A stretch of 44,294 bases of DNA from an uncultured Planctomycetales bacterium (GTDB lineage Bacteria; Omnitrophota; Gorgyraeia; Gygaellales; Profunditerraquicolaceae). The notes under the pieces were generated by a model. That model saw only the letters and a program-made list of their open reading frames with translations. It had not been told where the DNA came from and made no database searches. Position numbers and translations under genes: made by a program. The stretch covers positions 1 to 44,294 of the forward strand of contig CAZPNW010000074.1 of the NCBI GenBank assembly GCA_964588175.1. Direction: 5' to 3'. Shown here in pieces: positions 19,625 to 29,514 of the stretch (positions within the stretch are counted from its first letter, which is position 1; every line of letters begins with the position of its first letter).

Positions 19625-21283
19625 ATGAATTGGAAAAAGGTAAGATTTTATCTTAAGCTTTATTGGATACGGGGTGTTGTCGCTATTTTCATCACCATCA
19701 TATTCATCATTTTATGCATGATCATTGTCAGCGGGTTGCGTGAATGGCGTACTGCCGATCCCTACCTGCGCCAGTCACAGCTGGCAACCGCGCCACTCCA
19801 GATGTTTATCTGGGGGGTCATGGGTATTGTCCAGGGTGCGGTCTATGTTTTTATGATGTATTGGATGTTTTACAAAAAAGGCGGGCAGTCATTTACGCAT
19901 GTTTCCAAGAAATCGACTTCGGGTGCGAGTATCGGGATCCATTGGGATGATGTTATCGGGATGGACGAGGCAAAGCAGGAGGCTTTGGAAGTCGTTAAGC
20001 TTATCCTTGACCGCGCTCAATTACAGCGTATCGGCGGCAAGATCTTGCGCGGTATACTTATGCTGGGGGCACCCGGCTGCGGCAAGACCTATCTTGCCAA
20101 GGCTATCGCAACCGAAGCAAAGATCCCTTTTATCGCCATGTCGGGCTCTGAATTCGTGGAAATGTTCGTCGGGGTGGGCGCCGGGCGTATCCGCAGCCTT
20201 TTCCAAAGGGCGCGGCAGCTGGCGTCGCTTGAAGGGGGATGTATCATTTTTATCGATGAAATAGACGCTGTCGGCGCGCAGCGCTCAAGTGATACCGGTT
20301 TTGGCGGACAAACAGAAACCAATACGACCTTGAACCAGCTGTTGGTTGAGATGGATGGTTTGAAAGAAAAAGATACGAATGTTGTCGTTATCGGCGCAAC
20401 GAATATGTCAGAGCGTTTTCTTGATGCGGCATTGCTGCGCCCGGGAAGGTTCGACCGTAAGATCTATGTCGATAAGCCGAACCTGGACGACCGTCAAAAG
20501 CTGTTCAGTTATTACCTCAAGAGCGTGCAATTTGATGCAGAGAGCATTAAGATCGACCGCCTGGCGCGTATCACCGTGGGGCAGACTCCTGCGGATATAT
20601 CAAATATTGTGCGTGAAGCCGCCTTGATCGCGGTGAGAAATGATAAAGCGTTAATATCCATGAAGGAGATCGATGAAGCGCGGGAACGCATCGCTTTAGG
20701 TATTAAGCGGCGGATCAAAGTACGCGATGAAGAAAAATGGCAGACTGCGTATCATGAGGCGGGACACGCGATCGTTACCTATCTTTTGGTCCCCACGCAG
20801 GATGTTTTTAAGATCACCATTACTCCCCGCGGACATACAGGCGGGGTTACCTGGACACCGGAGAAAGAAGAGATCTTTATCCGCGATAAGAATAAACTTT
20901 TAAGCGAGATCAAAACCTGCGTGGGTTCGTTTGCCGCTGAAAAGCTGAAATTAGGCACGACGACCGCGGGTGTCGATATGGATTTCCGCGAAGCGATGTA
21001 TATCGCTCATAATATGGTCTGGCGCTGGGGTATGGGCAAGTCCGGTACTATCGGTAATTTTTATGGTATTGAAGGTTCCTGGTTTATTTCCGATGAAACG
21101 AAAGTCCGCCTGGATACCGATGTCCAGGAAATATTGCAGACCTGCTTAAAAGAAGTAGAAGCGCTCCTGAAAAAAGAAGAGCTTCTTTTAGAGCGTTTAG
21201 CTAAAGAATTAGTCGCAAAGGAAGAGCTTAATTATGATGAAATCGAGGCTATTTTTAACGAATTTGGCAAGAAAAGGCCTTAA
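19625..21283 (+). CDS. ftsH: FtsH-family ATP-dependent zinc metalloprotease (short form)
   Basis: Two N-terminal TM segments. Walker A GAPGCGKT. Walker B IIFIDEIDA. Second region of homology LLRPGRFDR. Zinc motif HEAGHAI. Confidence 0.85.
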   Translation: MNWKKVRFYLKLYWIRGVVAIFITIIFIILCMIIVSGLREWRTADPYLRQSQLATAPLQMFIWGVMGIVQGAVYVFMMYWMFYKKGGQSFTHVSKKSTSGASIGIHWDDVIGMDEAKQEALEVVKLILDRAQLQRIGGKILRGILMLGAPGCGKTYLAKAIATEAKIPFIAMSGSEFVEMFVGVGAGRIRSLFQRARQLASLEGGCIIFIDEIDAVGAQRSSDTGFGGQTETNTTLNQLLVEMDGLKEKDTNVVVIGATNMSERFLDAALLRPGRFDRKIYVDKPNLDDRQKLFSYYLKSVQFDAESIKIDRLARITVGQTPADISNIVREAALIAVRNDKALISMKEIDEARERIALGIKRRIKVRDEEKWQTAYHEAGHAIVTYLLVPTQDVFKITITPRGHTGGVTWTPEKEEIFIRDKNKLLSEIKTCVGSFAAEKLKLGTTTAGVDMDFREAMYIAHNMVWRWGMGKSGTIGNFYGIEGSWFISDETKVRLDTDVQEILQTCLKEVEALLKKEELLLERLAKELVAKEELNYDEIEAIFNEFGKKRP

Positions 21284-22118
21284 CCTCTTCATCATACTGA
21301 TCTTTCTGTGCGGCTGTTCTGCTCCCGTTGTCCCTCCCCTTTACGATGATATCGTATCCGCGATAACCAATATTGCCCTGAATGAATATAAGATCGAAAT
21401 TAAGGTAAGGCAAGTCGGCTCGACCTTATGGATCTATATGCCGGTAGAGAATATCTTCGAAAAGACGGATAAGCCGGATAAATACACGGAAAAATTCGAG
21501 ATCTTGAATAATCATAATGAATTCGCCGGCAGCACCTTAAAGCTTGAGTATCAGATAAAGCTTAAGAAAGAGGAAGAGAAGAGCCAGGAATATAAATATA
21601 AAAAAGATATCCTGGAGAAAATGAACAATCTCTGGATGGTGCTGCGAAGGGTGCTTTTCAGCATGGACCGCAGCCGCCAGGAAGAGCCAAAGTTTTTTTC
21701 TATTGTTACTGCCGATATAAAGAATGGGATCGAGATGCGCGAGACTTTTTACTATTTGGATTTAAAGAAAGTATCGTATGGTTTTATTTCCTGGGGGGAA
21801 TACCAGCATCGGGTCATCCAGAGTACGGCGATCGCCCCCGAAGCGATCGGTGATAAAAAGGGCAAATATATCCGTTACCAAAATATCACTTTAGATGAGT
21901 TTATATCCGGCCAGATCGAACACCGTATCAGGCTTAAGTTCCAAAAGCCGGAAGTCGATAAAAATGCCGATATCGATAAAGAAATAGTTGATGTGGCAGT
22001 TGCGACCGTCAAGATCTATAATTTCCGCGATTTTTCGAGTGTCGAGTTCAATAACCAAGTGACCAATAAACGCGTTATTTTAAATAAAGCGGCAGTTTGG
22101 TCGCGGGCGAGTGATTAA
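21234..22118 (+). CDS. Hypothetical lipoprotein (Lys/Glu-rich)
   Basis: Signal peptide with lipobox IFLCGC. Overlaps the ftsH 3' end by 50 nt. I recognise no family signature. Confidence 0.5.
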   Translation: MMKSRLFLTNLARKGLNLFIILIFLCGCSAPVVPPLYDDIVSAITNIALNEYKIEIKVRQVGSTLWIYMPVENIFEKTDKPDKYTEKFEILNNHNEFAGSTLKLEYQIKLKKEEEKSQEYKYKKDILEKMNNLWMVLRRVLFSMDRSRQEEPKFFSIVTADIKNGIEMRETFYYLDLKKVSYGFISWGEYQHRVIQSTAIAPEAIGDKKGKYIRYQNITLDEFISGQIEHRIRLKFQKPEVDKNADIDKEIVDVAVATVKIYNFRDFSSVEFNNQVTNKRVILNKAAVWSRASD

Positions 22119-22720
22119 CTGTTCTTGACTTTCCTTCCCGAGAGTTTTAATTTCCCGTGTAATAATAATTGAATAGCTTTGGGGTAGAGGGTATGTTCGA
22201 GGGAGTGTATTTTATCTTCCAATGAGCGCAGGGTATCTGCCGCGGTGATCCTGATCGGTTCTTGAAGTATGATCGGCCCGTGATCGACCTGTTCATCGAC
22301 AAAATGTACCGTCACCCCGGTAAGTTTTGCCCCATAGCCAAAAGCCTCTTTAATAGCATGCCCTCCTTTAAAGGAGGGCAAGAGGGAAGGATGGATATTG
22401 ATGATGCGGTTTTTATAACGGCGCACAAAAGAGGGGCTTAAGATACGCATAAAGCCCGCCAGGACGATCAAACTGATCTTTTCTTTCTTGAGGGCCTGGA
22501 TGATCTGTGCTTCGAAATCGCCTCTTGTTGTGAAATCTTCGCGCGCTACTAAGAGGGTTTTGATCCCGAAGCGTCCGGCTTTTTTGATAACAGGAGCTTC
22601 GGGGTTATCGCATACTAATACCGCGATGCGGGCATTAAGCAGTTTCCGGGAAACTGCTGTAACGATCGCTGCAAAGTTCGTTCCTCTTCCTGAAGCAAAG
22701 ATCGCAATATTCTTTATCAT
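22115..22720 (-). CDS. purN: Phosphoribosylglycinamide formyltransferase
   Basis: IAIFASGRGTNFAAI, NIHPSLLPSFKG and TGVTVHFVDEQVDHGPII are classic PurN motifs. Confidence 0.9.
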   Translation of the reverse strand: MIKNIAIFASGRGTNFAAIVTAVSRKLLNARIAVLVCDNPEAPVIKKAGRFGIKTLLVAREDFTTRGDFEAQIIQALKKEKISLIVLAGFMRILSPSFVRRYKNRIINIHPSLLPSFKGGHAIKEAFGYGAKLTGVTVHFVDEQVDHGPIILQEPIRITAADTLRSLEDKIHSLEHTLYPKAIQLLLHGKLKLSGRKVKNS

Positions 22721-22721
22721 T

Positions 22722-23534
22722 TTATGGTTTCTTTTTCGGCGGTAATTGCCGGATCAGTATAGTCTTTGCGGGGCAGCTCTTTACGCATGCTCCGCAGGAA
22801 GTGCATTTGGTGTAGTCAATAACCGAAAGGTTATTCGTGACATGGATGGCATCAAATTTACAGGTTTTCTCGCAGATCTTACAGGCGATACAGCCGACAG
22901 GGCAGACAGCTTTTGTGTCTTTTCCTGTGTCATGTGAACTACAGGCAACGGTAACAATGCTTGCCGCAGGGGTAAGGATAAATAATTTCTTAGGGCATAC
23001 AGCGACGCATTTTCCGCAGGCCGTACATTTTTTTCCATTTACCTGTGGCAGATTGTCTGCGTCCATCGTAATAGCCCCGAAGGGGCAAACCGCAACACAG
23101 CTTCCATAGCCGATACAGCCGTAGGCGCAGGCCTTAGGGCCGCCTAACACCGCGTTGGCGGCAATACAATCATGGATCCCTGAGTAGAGCAGCTTATTTT
23201 TAACGCGGTTACTGCCGCCGTGGCAGAGTAAAACCGCTATTTTCTTGAGCTTGGCCTTTGCTTCTATTCCGAGAATGTTTGCGATTTCTTTCCGGGACTC
23301 TTCTTGTGTAACAGCGCATTTCTCCACGGTACAAGTTCCCTTGATCAGGCCTTCGGCAAATCCCATGCATCCGGGCATCCCGCAGGCCCCGCAGTTCGCC
23401 CCGGGAAGCTTATCGTAGATCTTTTCCAGCCGCGGATCGCTTACTACGCAGAATTTCTTGGACGCTGCCGCTAATCCAATCCCGAAAATGACCCCTAAAC
23501 CAGTAACCGTTAAAATGGGAGCTATAATGTTCAT
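22722..23534 (-). CDS. rnfB: Rnf electron-transport complex subunit B (polyferredoxin)
   Basis: N-terminal TM. CGACGMPGC cluster motif. Several CxxCxxCxxxCP 4Fe-4S motifs. Last gene of the rnf operon. Confidence 0.85.
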   Translation of the reverse strand: MNIIAPILTVTGLGVIFGIGLAAASKKFCVVSDPRLEKIYDKLPGANCGACGMPGCMGFAEGLIKGTCTVEKCAVTQEESRKEIANILGIEAKAKLKKIAVLLCHGGSNRVKNKLLYSGIHDCIAANAVLGGPKACAYGCIGYGSCVAVCPFGAITMDADNLPQVNGKKCTACGKCVAVCPKKLFILTPAASIVTVACSSHDTGKDTKAVCPVGCIACKICEKTCKFDAIHVTNNLSVIDYTKCTSCGACVKSCPAKTILIRQLPPKKKP

Positions 23535-23536
23535 TT

Positions 23537-24148
23537 TTAGAAACGAAAGCCGTTAAACCCCATAAATGCCAGGCTCATAAGCGAAGCAACAATGAAAGCT
23601 AACGGCACATCTTTAAAAGGTTTGGGAACATTTGTCAGCTCTAAACGTTCTCTGATACCTGACATCAGGATCATTGCCAATAAAAAGCCGATACCGGCAA
23701 AGAATCCTTGTGCAGCACTAAACCAAAAGCTTTCCATGGTGGTATATCCTTCTTGAAAGAATGTTTCCGAATTTAAGACTGCTACCCCCAAGACTGCACA
23801 GTTTACGGTAATAAGCGGCAGGTAGATCCCAAACAGGCGATACAGCCCCGGGGAAGTCTTTCGTACGACCATTTCTACAAATTGAACAAAGCTTGCAATG
23901 ACAAGGATAAATGAAATGGTGCGTAAATAAGTAATATTAAAAGGGATCAGAAGGAAGTGGTATATAAGCCAGGTGATCATACTGGATAACGTAGTGACGA
24001 AAGTCACCGCAAAACCCATAGAAATTGCCGGTTTTGTTTCTTTTGAGACGCCGATAAAAGCGCATAATCCTAAGAACTTCGAAAGGATAAAGTTATTTAT
24101 GAATACCATGGAGATCATAATGACCATGAATTTACTTACATCCATCAC
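23537..24148 (-). CDS. rnfA: Rnf complex subunit A
   Basis: Polytopic ~200-aa membrane protein with NNFILSKFLGLC... and YLPLITVNCAVLG motifs of RnfA/NqrE. Confidence 0.85.
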   Translation of the reverse strand: MMDVSKFMVIMISMVFINNFILSKFLGLCAFIGVSKETKPAISMGFAVTFVTTLSSMITWLIYHFLLIPFNITYLRTISFILVIASFVQFVEMVVRKTSPGLYRLFGIYLPLITVNCAVLGVAVLNSETFFQEGYTTMESFWFSAAQGFFAGIGFLLAMILMSGIRERLELTNVPKPFKDVPLAFIVASLMSLAFMGFNGFRF

Positions 24149-24767
24149 ATCCTACCTTTGTTATTTCTTTATTGGTTTTTCGTTTAATGTGGAAATAATT
24201 GACAAGCCCGATCAACAGCCCCAGTGTTAATAATGCCCCGGGAGCCAGGATCATCATGGTAACCGGAGCAAAGTTTTTAATGACAATTAATCCCAGCAGT
24301 TTTCCTGTGCCTAAAAGCTCTCTGATTGTAGCTATGATGACCAGAGCTATGGTAAAGCCAACGCCCATTCCCAGGGCATCGAAAATCGAATTAACAATAG
24401 GGTTCTTACAGGCGAAAGCTTCCGCTCGGCCCAAGACAATGCAATTGACGACGATCAGGGGCACAAATATCCCCAGTGAAGCGTTGAGCGCCGGCAGGTA
24501 TGCTTTCATGACCAATTCATTAATAGTGACAAATGTGGCGATAATAACTATGTAACAGGGGATGCGGATCTCTTTGGGGATTATTTTGCGTATGGCGGAA
24601 ATAATGATATTAGAACCAAGCAGGACAAACGTTGCCGCAGCCCCCATTCCGAGAGCATTAGAAACTGAAGTTGAAACTGCCAGTGTCGGGCATAACCCCA
24701 GGACGAGTCCGAAAGTGGGGTTTTCAATGATGATCCCTTTGGTAAATTCTTTGATCAATTTCTTCAT
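24132..24767 (-). CDS. rnfE: Rnf complex subunit E
   Basis: IIENPTFGLVLGLCPTLAVS and FVPLIVVNCIVLGRAEAFA are typical of RnfE/NqrD. Confidence 0.85.
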   Translation of the reverse strand: MKKLIKEFTKGIIIENPTFGLVLGLCPTLAVSTSVSNALGMGAAATFVLLGSNIIISAIRKIIPKEIRIPCYIVIIATFVTINELVMKAYLPALNASLGIFVPLIVVNCIVLGRAEAFACKNPIVNSIFDALGMGVGFTIALVIIATIRELLGTGKLLGLIVIKNFAPVTMMILAPGALLTLGLLIGLVNYFHIKRKTNKEITKVGCDGCK

Positions 24768-24773
24768 TTTTTC

Positions 24774-25775
24774 TTACGCTGCTGTCAATTTTGTACCGTA
24801 TTTACGCGGCCGCAGATAACGGTCAATAAGCGGGCTAAAGGCATTCATGATCAGGATGGAATACGATACTCCTTCAGGATAGCCGCCAAATCTGCGAATA
24901 ATAAAAGCTATTATACCGCAGGATATTCCGAATACTAATTGTCCGTTCTTAGTAATCGGGGTTGTTACATAATCAGTGGCCATAAAGAAGGCGCCTAGAA
25001 CCAACCCTCCTGATAGAATGCTGAATAAGAAATCTCCTTTAAAGAATCCGGTTGTTCCAAATACCCAACTTAATCCTCCTAAAGTAAGGATGAATCCCGC
25101 AGGCGTCTGCCACCAGATATAACCCTTCCATAATAAATATGCCGCTCCGATCAAAAGGGCAATAATGCAGACTTCGCCGAGGCATCCGCCGCGTTTGCCA
25201 ATAAACAAATCCCAGTATGAAATGCCGATTTGTGTTATGTCATGGAATTTTCCCTCTTTTAAAAGCATAAGGGGAGTAGCTTGAGTAACTGCGTCAGGGC
25301 TGAGCGGACTGACAAAGTCAGTCATTTGTTTGGGCCAGGATGCCAGGAGGAATGCGCGCGCAGCCAACGCGGGATTAAAAATATTAGCCCCTAATCCTCC
25401 AAATACCTGTTTGGCGATGGCGATGGCAAAGATGCCGCCAACCAGCGGTACCCAGAAAGGGACGCTTGAAGAAAGATTATAGGCCAGGAGGATCCCGGTG
25501 AGCGCTGCAGAGCCATCTAAGATGCTGACCTTCTTGTGGTTAAGCCTCTGGATGAGCGCTTCTGTTATAACGCAACTGAGTATGGAAATGATGATAACTT
25601 TAAGCGCGGGGAATCCGAAGAAGTATATTCCGGCAATACCGGCGGGTACCAATGCCAGGAATACCGACCACATGGTTTTAGAGACAGTTTCACGGCTGTG
25701 GATGTGCGGTGAAGTAAAGACGTGCAGTTGGCTGACGGCTTCGGCTGTATTTTCTTGCTCAGGTTTATCGGGCAC
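24774..25775 (-). CDS. rnfD: Rnf complex subunit D
   Basis: Polytopic membrane protein. SPHIHS near the N-terminus. FMATDYVTTP FMN-attachment region typical of RnfD/NqrB. Confidence 0.85.
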   Translation of the reverse strand: MPDKPEQENTAEAVSQLHVFTSPHIHSRETVSKTMWSVFLALVPAGIAGIYFFGFPALKVIIISILSCVITEALIQRLNHKKVSILDGSAALTGILLAYNLSSSVPFWVPLVGGIFAIAIAKQVFGGLGANIFNPALAARAFLLASWPKQMTDFVSPLSPDAVTQATPLMLLKEGKFHDITQIGISYWDLFIGKRGGCLGEVCIIALLIGAAYLLWKGYIWWQTPAGFILTLGGLSWVFGTTGFFKGDFLFSILSGGLVLGAFFMATDYVTTPITKNGQLVFGISCGIIAFIIRRFGGYPEGVSYSILIMNAFSPLIDRYLRPRKYGTKLTAA

Positions 25776-26301
25776 TCTTTATTTCTCCTGATAATTGTTC
25801 GTTTAGTTCAGTTATCTTTGTTTTTATGGAATTAATTACTCCTCCGGAGGAGATAGTCGCTCCGGTAATAGCCTGGACCTGGTCAAAAGTTGCCAGGGAT
25901 TTTCCCGTAAACTGCCCAATAAACGCCGGTTCTGTAATGCGCGTCCCTAAGCCGGGTGTTTCATTCTGAGATAATATTTTAATGTTAGTTATTTCCAGGT
26001 TAAGATTTAACCCTGTTAAGGCTTCAATGGTAGAAGAATAGCCCTTGGTTTGCGTCTTGAGCACAAAACCGATGAGTTTGTTTGAGGGATCATAAGCGGT
26101 ATAGTAATCGGTTGTTTCCCCTTGTTTATGCGGTTTGAATGCCGCGGCCGCGGGAAGTACTTCTTTCAATCCGGCCTTTTCTTCAAGGTTTTTTTGTTCG
26201 TTGATCTTTGGCGCGGTAACGTTATTGACTACCGCCAATACTCCGCTGGCTAAAAAACAGATGAATCCCAAAATAAACCCGAATCGTATCATTTCTTTCA
26301 T
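25765..26301 (-). CDS. rnfG: Rnf complex subunit G (FMN-binding)
   Basis: N-terminal anchor, ETPGLG and AITGATISS FMN-binding motifs. Confidence 0.85.
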   Translation of the reverse strand: MKEMIRFGFILGFICFLASGVLAVVNNVTAPKINEQKNLEEKAGLKEVLPAAAAFKPHKQGETTDYYTAYDPSNKLIGFVLKTQTKGYSSTIEALTGLNLNLEITNIKILSQNETPGLGTRITEPAFIGQFTGKSLATFDQVQAITGATISSGGVINSIKTKITELNEQLSGEIKSAR

Positions 26302-27578
26302 TTGGGTATCCTTATTTTAGAAGTTTTGATCGTTTGCACGATATTTCTTTTTTGCGGGCAGACATAATTACAGAGCCCGCATTCCATGCAATCAAGGCAG
26401 CCGTAGCTTTTTGCCAGGTCCCATTTTTCTTTTTCACCGGCCATGCTCATCAAGCAGGGCATTAATCCCAGCGGGCAATATTCCACGCAGCGGCCGCAAC
26501 GGATACAGGTATTCTCTTGTGATTCCTTTACTTGCGCTTCTGATAAAAGAAGGATGCCGTTGGTATTTTTAATGACCGGGACATCCTGGGTATACTGGGC
26601 AATTCCCATCATGGGCCCCCCGAAAATGATCTGTTGGGGTTGCTTGATCAATGGGCCGCATTGCGCGATCAGGTCTTTGATCGGTGTCCCTAATCTGACC
26701 AGGAGATTCCCGGGATTCTGCAGGCAGTCACCGCTTATGGTCATGACCCGTTCATATAAAGGTTTCCTTAAATAGAGCGCTTCATAGATAGCATAGGTGG
26801 TAGCGACATTTTGCACTACAACCCCGATATCAAAAGGGAATTTTCCCTGCGGTACCTGCCGTTTCAAGACGCTTTGAATTAATTGTTTTTCTCCTCCTTG
26901 CGGATATTGAGACCTTAAAACATGCAGCTTATAGCCTGTACTGATGAGGAGCTCTTTAAATATTTTTATGGCATGGGGCTTGTTGTTTTCAATGGCAATA
27001 TAAACATTTTTAGCCCCGAGGCATTTTTCAATTAATCGTATCCCTGCGATGATCTCTTGGGTTCTTTCCACCATTAACCTGTCGTCGCTGGTCAAGTACG
27101 GTTCGCATTCCGCGCCGTTAATGATCAGGTTGTCGATAGGCCTGGGGGGTGTCAATTTGATATGGGTAGGAAAACTCGCTCCGCCTAAGCCGACGATCCC
27201 CGCAAGAAAAACTTCGGTTTTGATCTGTTCCGGGGTTAAGGCGTCTATTTCGGCGCTCTGCCGGGGTGTTTGAGTCGCGATAGTTTTATCTGCCAGGTCG
27301 CTTTCAATAACGATAGCTTGGCAGCGCCCTAAAAGCGGATGCGGCCATTCCTTGATCGCCGTAACCTTTCCCGATAGAGAGGCGTGAATGGGGGCGTATA
27401 CGCCGGCATTCGCCGCGGCGACCCGTTGGCCTTTTAATACGGTATCCCCAATGGCAACTTCCGGAGAGCAGATCTTGCCGATATGCTGGCTTAACGGCAG
27501 GTAGATGCGCGCGGGCACCAATGATGCCTGTATCGCTTTATGTTCGGTTTGAGATTTATGTTCGGCTAATTTAATCAC
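26298..27578 (-). CDS. rnfC: Rnf complex subunit C
   Basis: GTG start. LPLSQHIG, GLGGASFPTHIKL, and two ferredoxin motifs CIRCGRCVEYCP and CMECGLCNYVCP. Confidence 0.9.
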   Translation of the reverse strand: MIKLAEHKSQTEHKAIQASLVPARIYLPLSQHIGKICSPEVAIGDTVLKGQRVAAANAGVYAPIHASLSGKVTAIKEWPHPLLGRCQAIVIESDLADKTIATQTPRQSAEIDALTPEQIKTEVFLAGIVGLGGASFPTHIKLTPPRPIDNLIINGAECEPYLTSDDRLMVERTQEIIAGIRLIEKCLGAKNVYIAIENNKPHAIKIFKELLISTGYKLHVLRSQYPQGGEKQLIQSVLKRQVPQGKFPFDIGVVVQNVATTYAIYEALYLRKPLYERVMTISGDCLQNPGNLLVRLGTPIKDLIAQCGPLIKQPQQIIFGGPMMGIAQYTQDVPVIKNTNGILLLSEAQVKESQENTCIRCGRCVEYCPLGLMPCLMSMAGEKEKWDLAKSYGCLDCMECGLCNYVCPQKRNIVQTIKTSKIRIPK

Positions 27579-27629
27579 GATATTCTTTCGTCATACTTAC
27601 ACTTCTATAGTATAGCATATAATTCTTTT

Positions 27630-28892
27630 TCAGGAAATACCATTGAGCCAGGGGATCTTCCGGTCAAGGATGAGATTGATCGTCCCAATGATACTAATGA
27701 TACCGCCTACAAAGATAAGAATAAATAACGGCGGGATCTTTTCCGCCAGGATGCTGCTTAAAAACATGAATAATAAGAATCCCAGGTGCATGATGATCTC
27801 TAAAGAGCTGAATATTTTCCCCAGCATATGATTTTGGCTTACTTTATGAATAATGGTGTTTGTGGCGATCATGATCGGAGCGATTGTCAACCCTAAAACC
27901 AATGAAAGCGTAGCGGCAACCGAGAAAAAGGGGTAACGGTTGATCCCCAAGGCAAAGCATACGACCATAAGCCCGCTTAAGATCAAAGCGGAAAAGATCG
28001 TTTTATAGTGAGAGATCTTGTGGCCGAAACGGCCGTAGGCAAGAGAGCCCAGGAATAAACCGATACCCAGGAACATGATCAAAAGGCCTAAATCTTTTGT
28101 CGCTGAGTGAAGTGTTTTTTGGACGAATACAATGATGACGACATACACCGCTCCCAGGGCTGCCCATAAAATGAACATGATCCCCGCGGTGAATCTGATA
28201 TCCTTTTCCTTTATAAAGTAGAGGATGCCGTCTTTTATTTCATGTAATACCGATTTTCTGATATGCAGCAGTGGATGATCGTTTGTTTTTTTGGCCGCAG
28301 ATGTGCCGCCCTGTTTTTTTATAATGGCAAAGATCAAGAGCCCTGAGATCAAGAAGCTCAGGGAATCTAAATAAAAACCGCTTTTTGCCCCCAGCCATTC
28401 AACGATAACTCCGCTGATCCCGAATCCCAGGATCGCCGCGATCATGCCGGTTGTATTGATCAGGGAGTTGGCAATGAGGAGGTCTTTTTCTTCTACTACT
28501 TCCGGGATGATCGATAATTTTGCCGGCACAAAAAAACGCCCTACGGAGAAGAGGATGAATATAATAAAGTATATAGAGGTTAAATTCTTGCTATAAAAAA
28601 GGAAGGCGGGAATGGTTACTACCAATGCCGCTCGTATGAAATCACAAAAGTACATGGTTTTACGCCTGTCCCAGCGGTCAACGTATACGCCGGCAAGCGG
28701 GCCGATCAAAAACACCGGCAAAATAGTGAAAGAAAGGGTTTTGGCTATTTCAAAAGAAGATCCGGGCGATCGTAAATAGACAAAGGCGATCAATGCCATT
28801 TGTCCAAGCCTGTCGCCTAATTGGGAGATGATCTGCCCCAGCCACAAGAGAAAAAAATTACGGTTGCCCAGGATCTGGGTGAATTTGGCCAT
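27630..28892 (-). CDS. MFS transporter
   Basis: About 12 predicted TM helices. GVYVDRWDRRK loop between TM2 and TM3, typical of the major facilitator superfamily. Confidence 0.75.
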   Translation of the reverse strand: MAKFTQILGNRNFFLLWLGQIISQLGDRLGQMALIAFVYLRSPGSSFEIAKTLSFTILPVFLIGPLAGVYVDRWDRRKTMYFCDFIRAALVVTIPAFLFYSKNLTSIYFIIFILFSVGRFFVPAKLSIIPEVVEEKDLLIANSLINTTGMIAAILGFGISGVIVEWLGAKSGFYLDSLSFLISGLLIFAIIKKQGGTSAAKKTNDHPLLHIRKSVLHEIKDGILYFIKEKDIRFTAGIMFILWAALGAVYVVIIVFVQKTLHSATKDLGLLIMFLGIGLFLGSLAYGRFGHKISHYKTIFSALILSGLMVVCFALGINRYPFFSVAATLSLVLGLTIAPIMIATNTIIHKVSQNHMLGKIFSSLEIIMHLGFLLFMFLSSILAEKIPPLFILIFVGGIISIIGTINLILDRKIPWLNGIS

Positions 28893-28918
28893 GGTGCATA
28901 CGCGGATAGATAGAAAAA

Positions 28919-28990
28919 GCTGGCGAGAGGAATTGAACCTCCGACCCGCGCTTTACGAAAGCGCTGCTCTACCAACTGAGCTACGCCAGC
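28919..28990 (-). tRNA. tRNA-Thr (anticodon CGT), CCA not encoded
   Basis: Reverse complement GCTGGCGTAGCTCAGTTGGTAGAGCAGCGCTTTCGTAAAGCGCGGGTCGGAGGTTCAATTCCTCTCGCCAGC folds as a 72-nt cloverleaf with anticodon loop TTCGTAA. Confidence 0.9.
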
Positions 28991-29000
28991 GATTTTAATA

Positions 29001-29028
29001 ATTATACCAATTTTTTCATAATAGTCAA
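29001..29028 (-). promoter_or_regulatory. Sigma70-like promoter of tRNA-Thr
   Basis: On the minus strand: TTGACT (29028-29023), 16-nt spacer, TATAAT (29006-29001), about 10 nt before the mature tRNA 5' end. Confidence 0.6.
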
Positions 29029-29245
29029 TGTTTGGCTGCGGGAAAGCTTATGGGGTTTTAAAGCCCGGTTTTCCCGCTGCCCGGGGTTACCGGTACCCCA
29101 GTGCCCCAGCGTTTTAGTCACAGGTCACATGACACAATGACACAAGCCACAGGACACAGGTCACACGTAGTCCATGGTCCACGGTCCATAGTTAAGGAAA
29201 ACCCAGAGGAACCGGAAAGCCAGGGCTAGGTGATCAGGGGATCTG

Positions 29246-29432
29246 GTGAACGGGTGGCTTGGACTGTTTACGAGCGGGGCATAAAGGCAAGCCTGCCTGA
29301 CGGCAGTCAGGGAGCGGGCACGGATGCCCCTCGTTATACGAAGTCGGGCAGAGCGACGCAGCCGACCTGAGTGCAGCCCCGCCACGTCGGGGCGGGGCAA
29401 ACCTGCCTGACGGCAGTCAGGGAGCCGTTCAC
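29246..29432 (-). ncRNA. Candidate structured RNA core of unknown family (strand inferred, not proven)
   Basis: Closing helix GTGAACGG (29246-29253) / CCGTTCAC (29425-29432). Internal helices at 29270-29282/29324-29334, 29343-29349/29361-29366 and 29376-29383/29391-29398. Exact 24-nt duplicate CCTGCCTGACGGCAGTCAGGGAGC at 29292-29315 and 29402-29425. One compensatory base-pair change relative to the copy at 44262-44294. Confidence 0.4.
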
Positions 29433-29514
29433 TAATAAAGACACTAGGTCTCATGTCGCAAGTCACAAGTAGTTCATGGACTGTTGACTATTTGCGACAT
29501 GTGACCTTTTATGT

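Noticed and set aside
29205-29230. GAGGAACCGGAAAGCCAGGGC is reminiscent of the RNase P RNA P4 region (GAGGAAAGUCCGGGC)
   Set aside because: This is only a loose partial match. The other universally conserved RNase P segments are absent, and the element is multi-copy and too short.
29371-29400. CAGCCCCGCCACGTCGGGG resembles the cobalamin riboswitch B12 box (..CCCGCCACUG..)
   Set aside because: It is simply one arm of an 8-bp GC hairpin. The other conserved B12-riboswitch elements are not visible. No B12-related gene lies downstream, and the element exists in two copies in unrelated contexts.
29292-29425. Possible CRISPR-like repeats (24-nt exact duplicate 110 nt apart), together with the 46-bp repeats at 43831-43945
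   Set aside because: There are only two and three copies respectively. The repeats sit inside a larger structured or homologous unit, spacing and lengths are atypical, and no cas genes are in the window.
29161-29466. 101-aa ORF on the minus strand (and the 86-aa plus-strand ORF 29453-29713) inside the tRNA-Thr-proximal element
   Set aside because: The Arg/Ser/Cys/Pro-rich composition comes from reading through GC-rich hairpins and heptad repeats. There is no RBS. The internal 24-nt exact repeats and the compensatory stem change between copies fit RNA or DNA structure, not coding.
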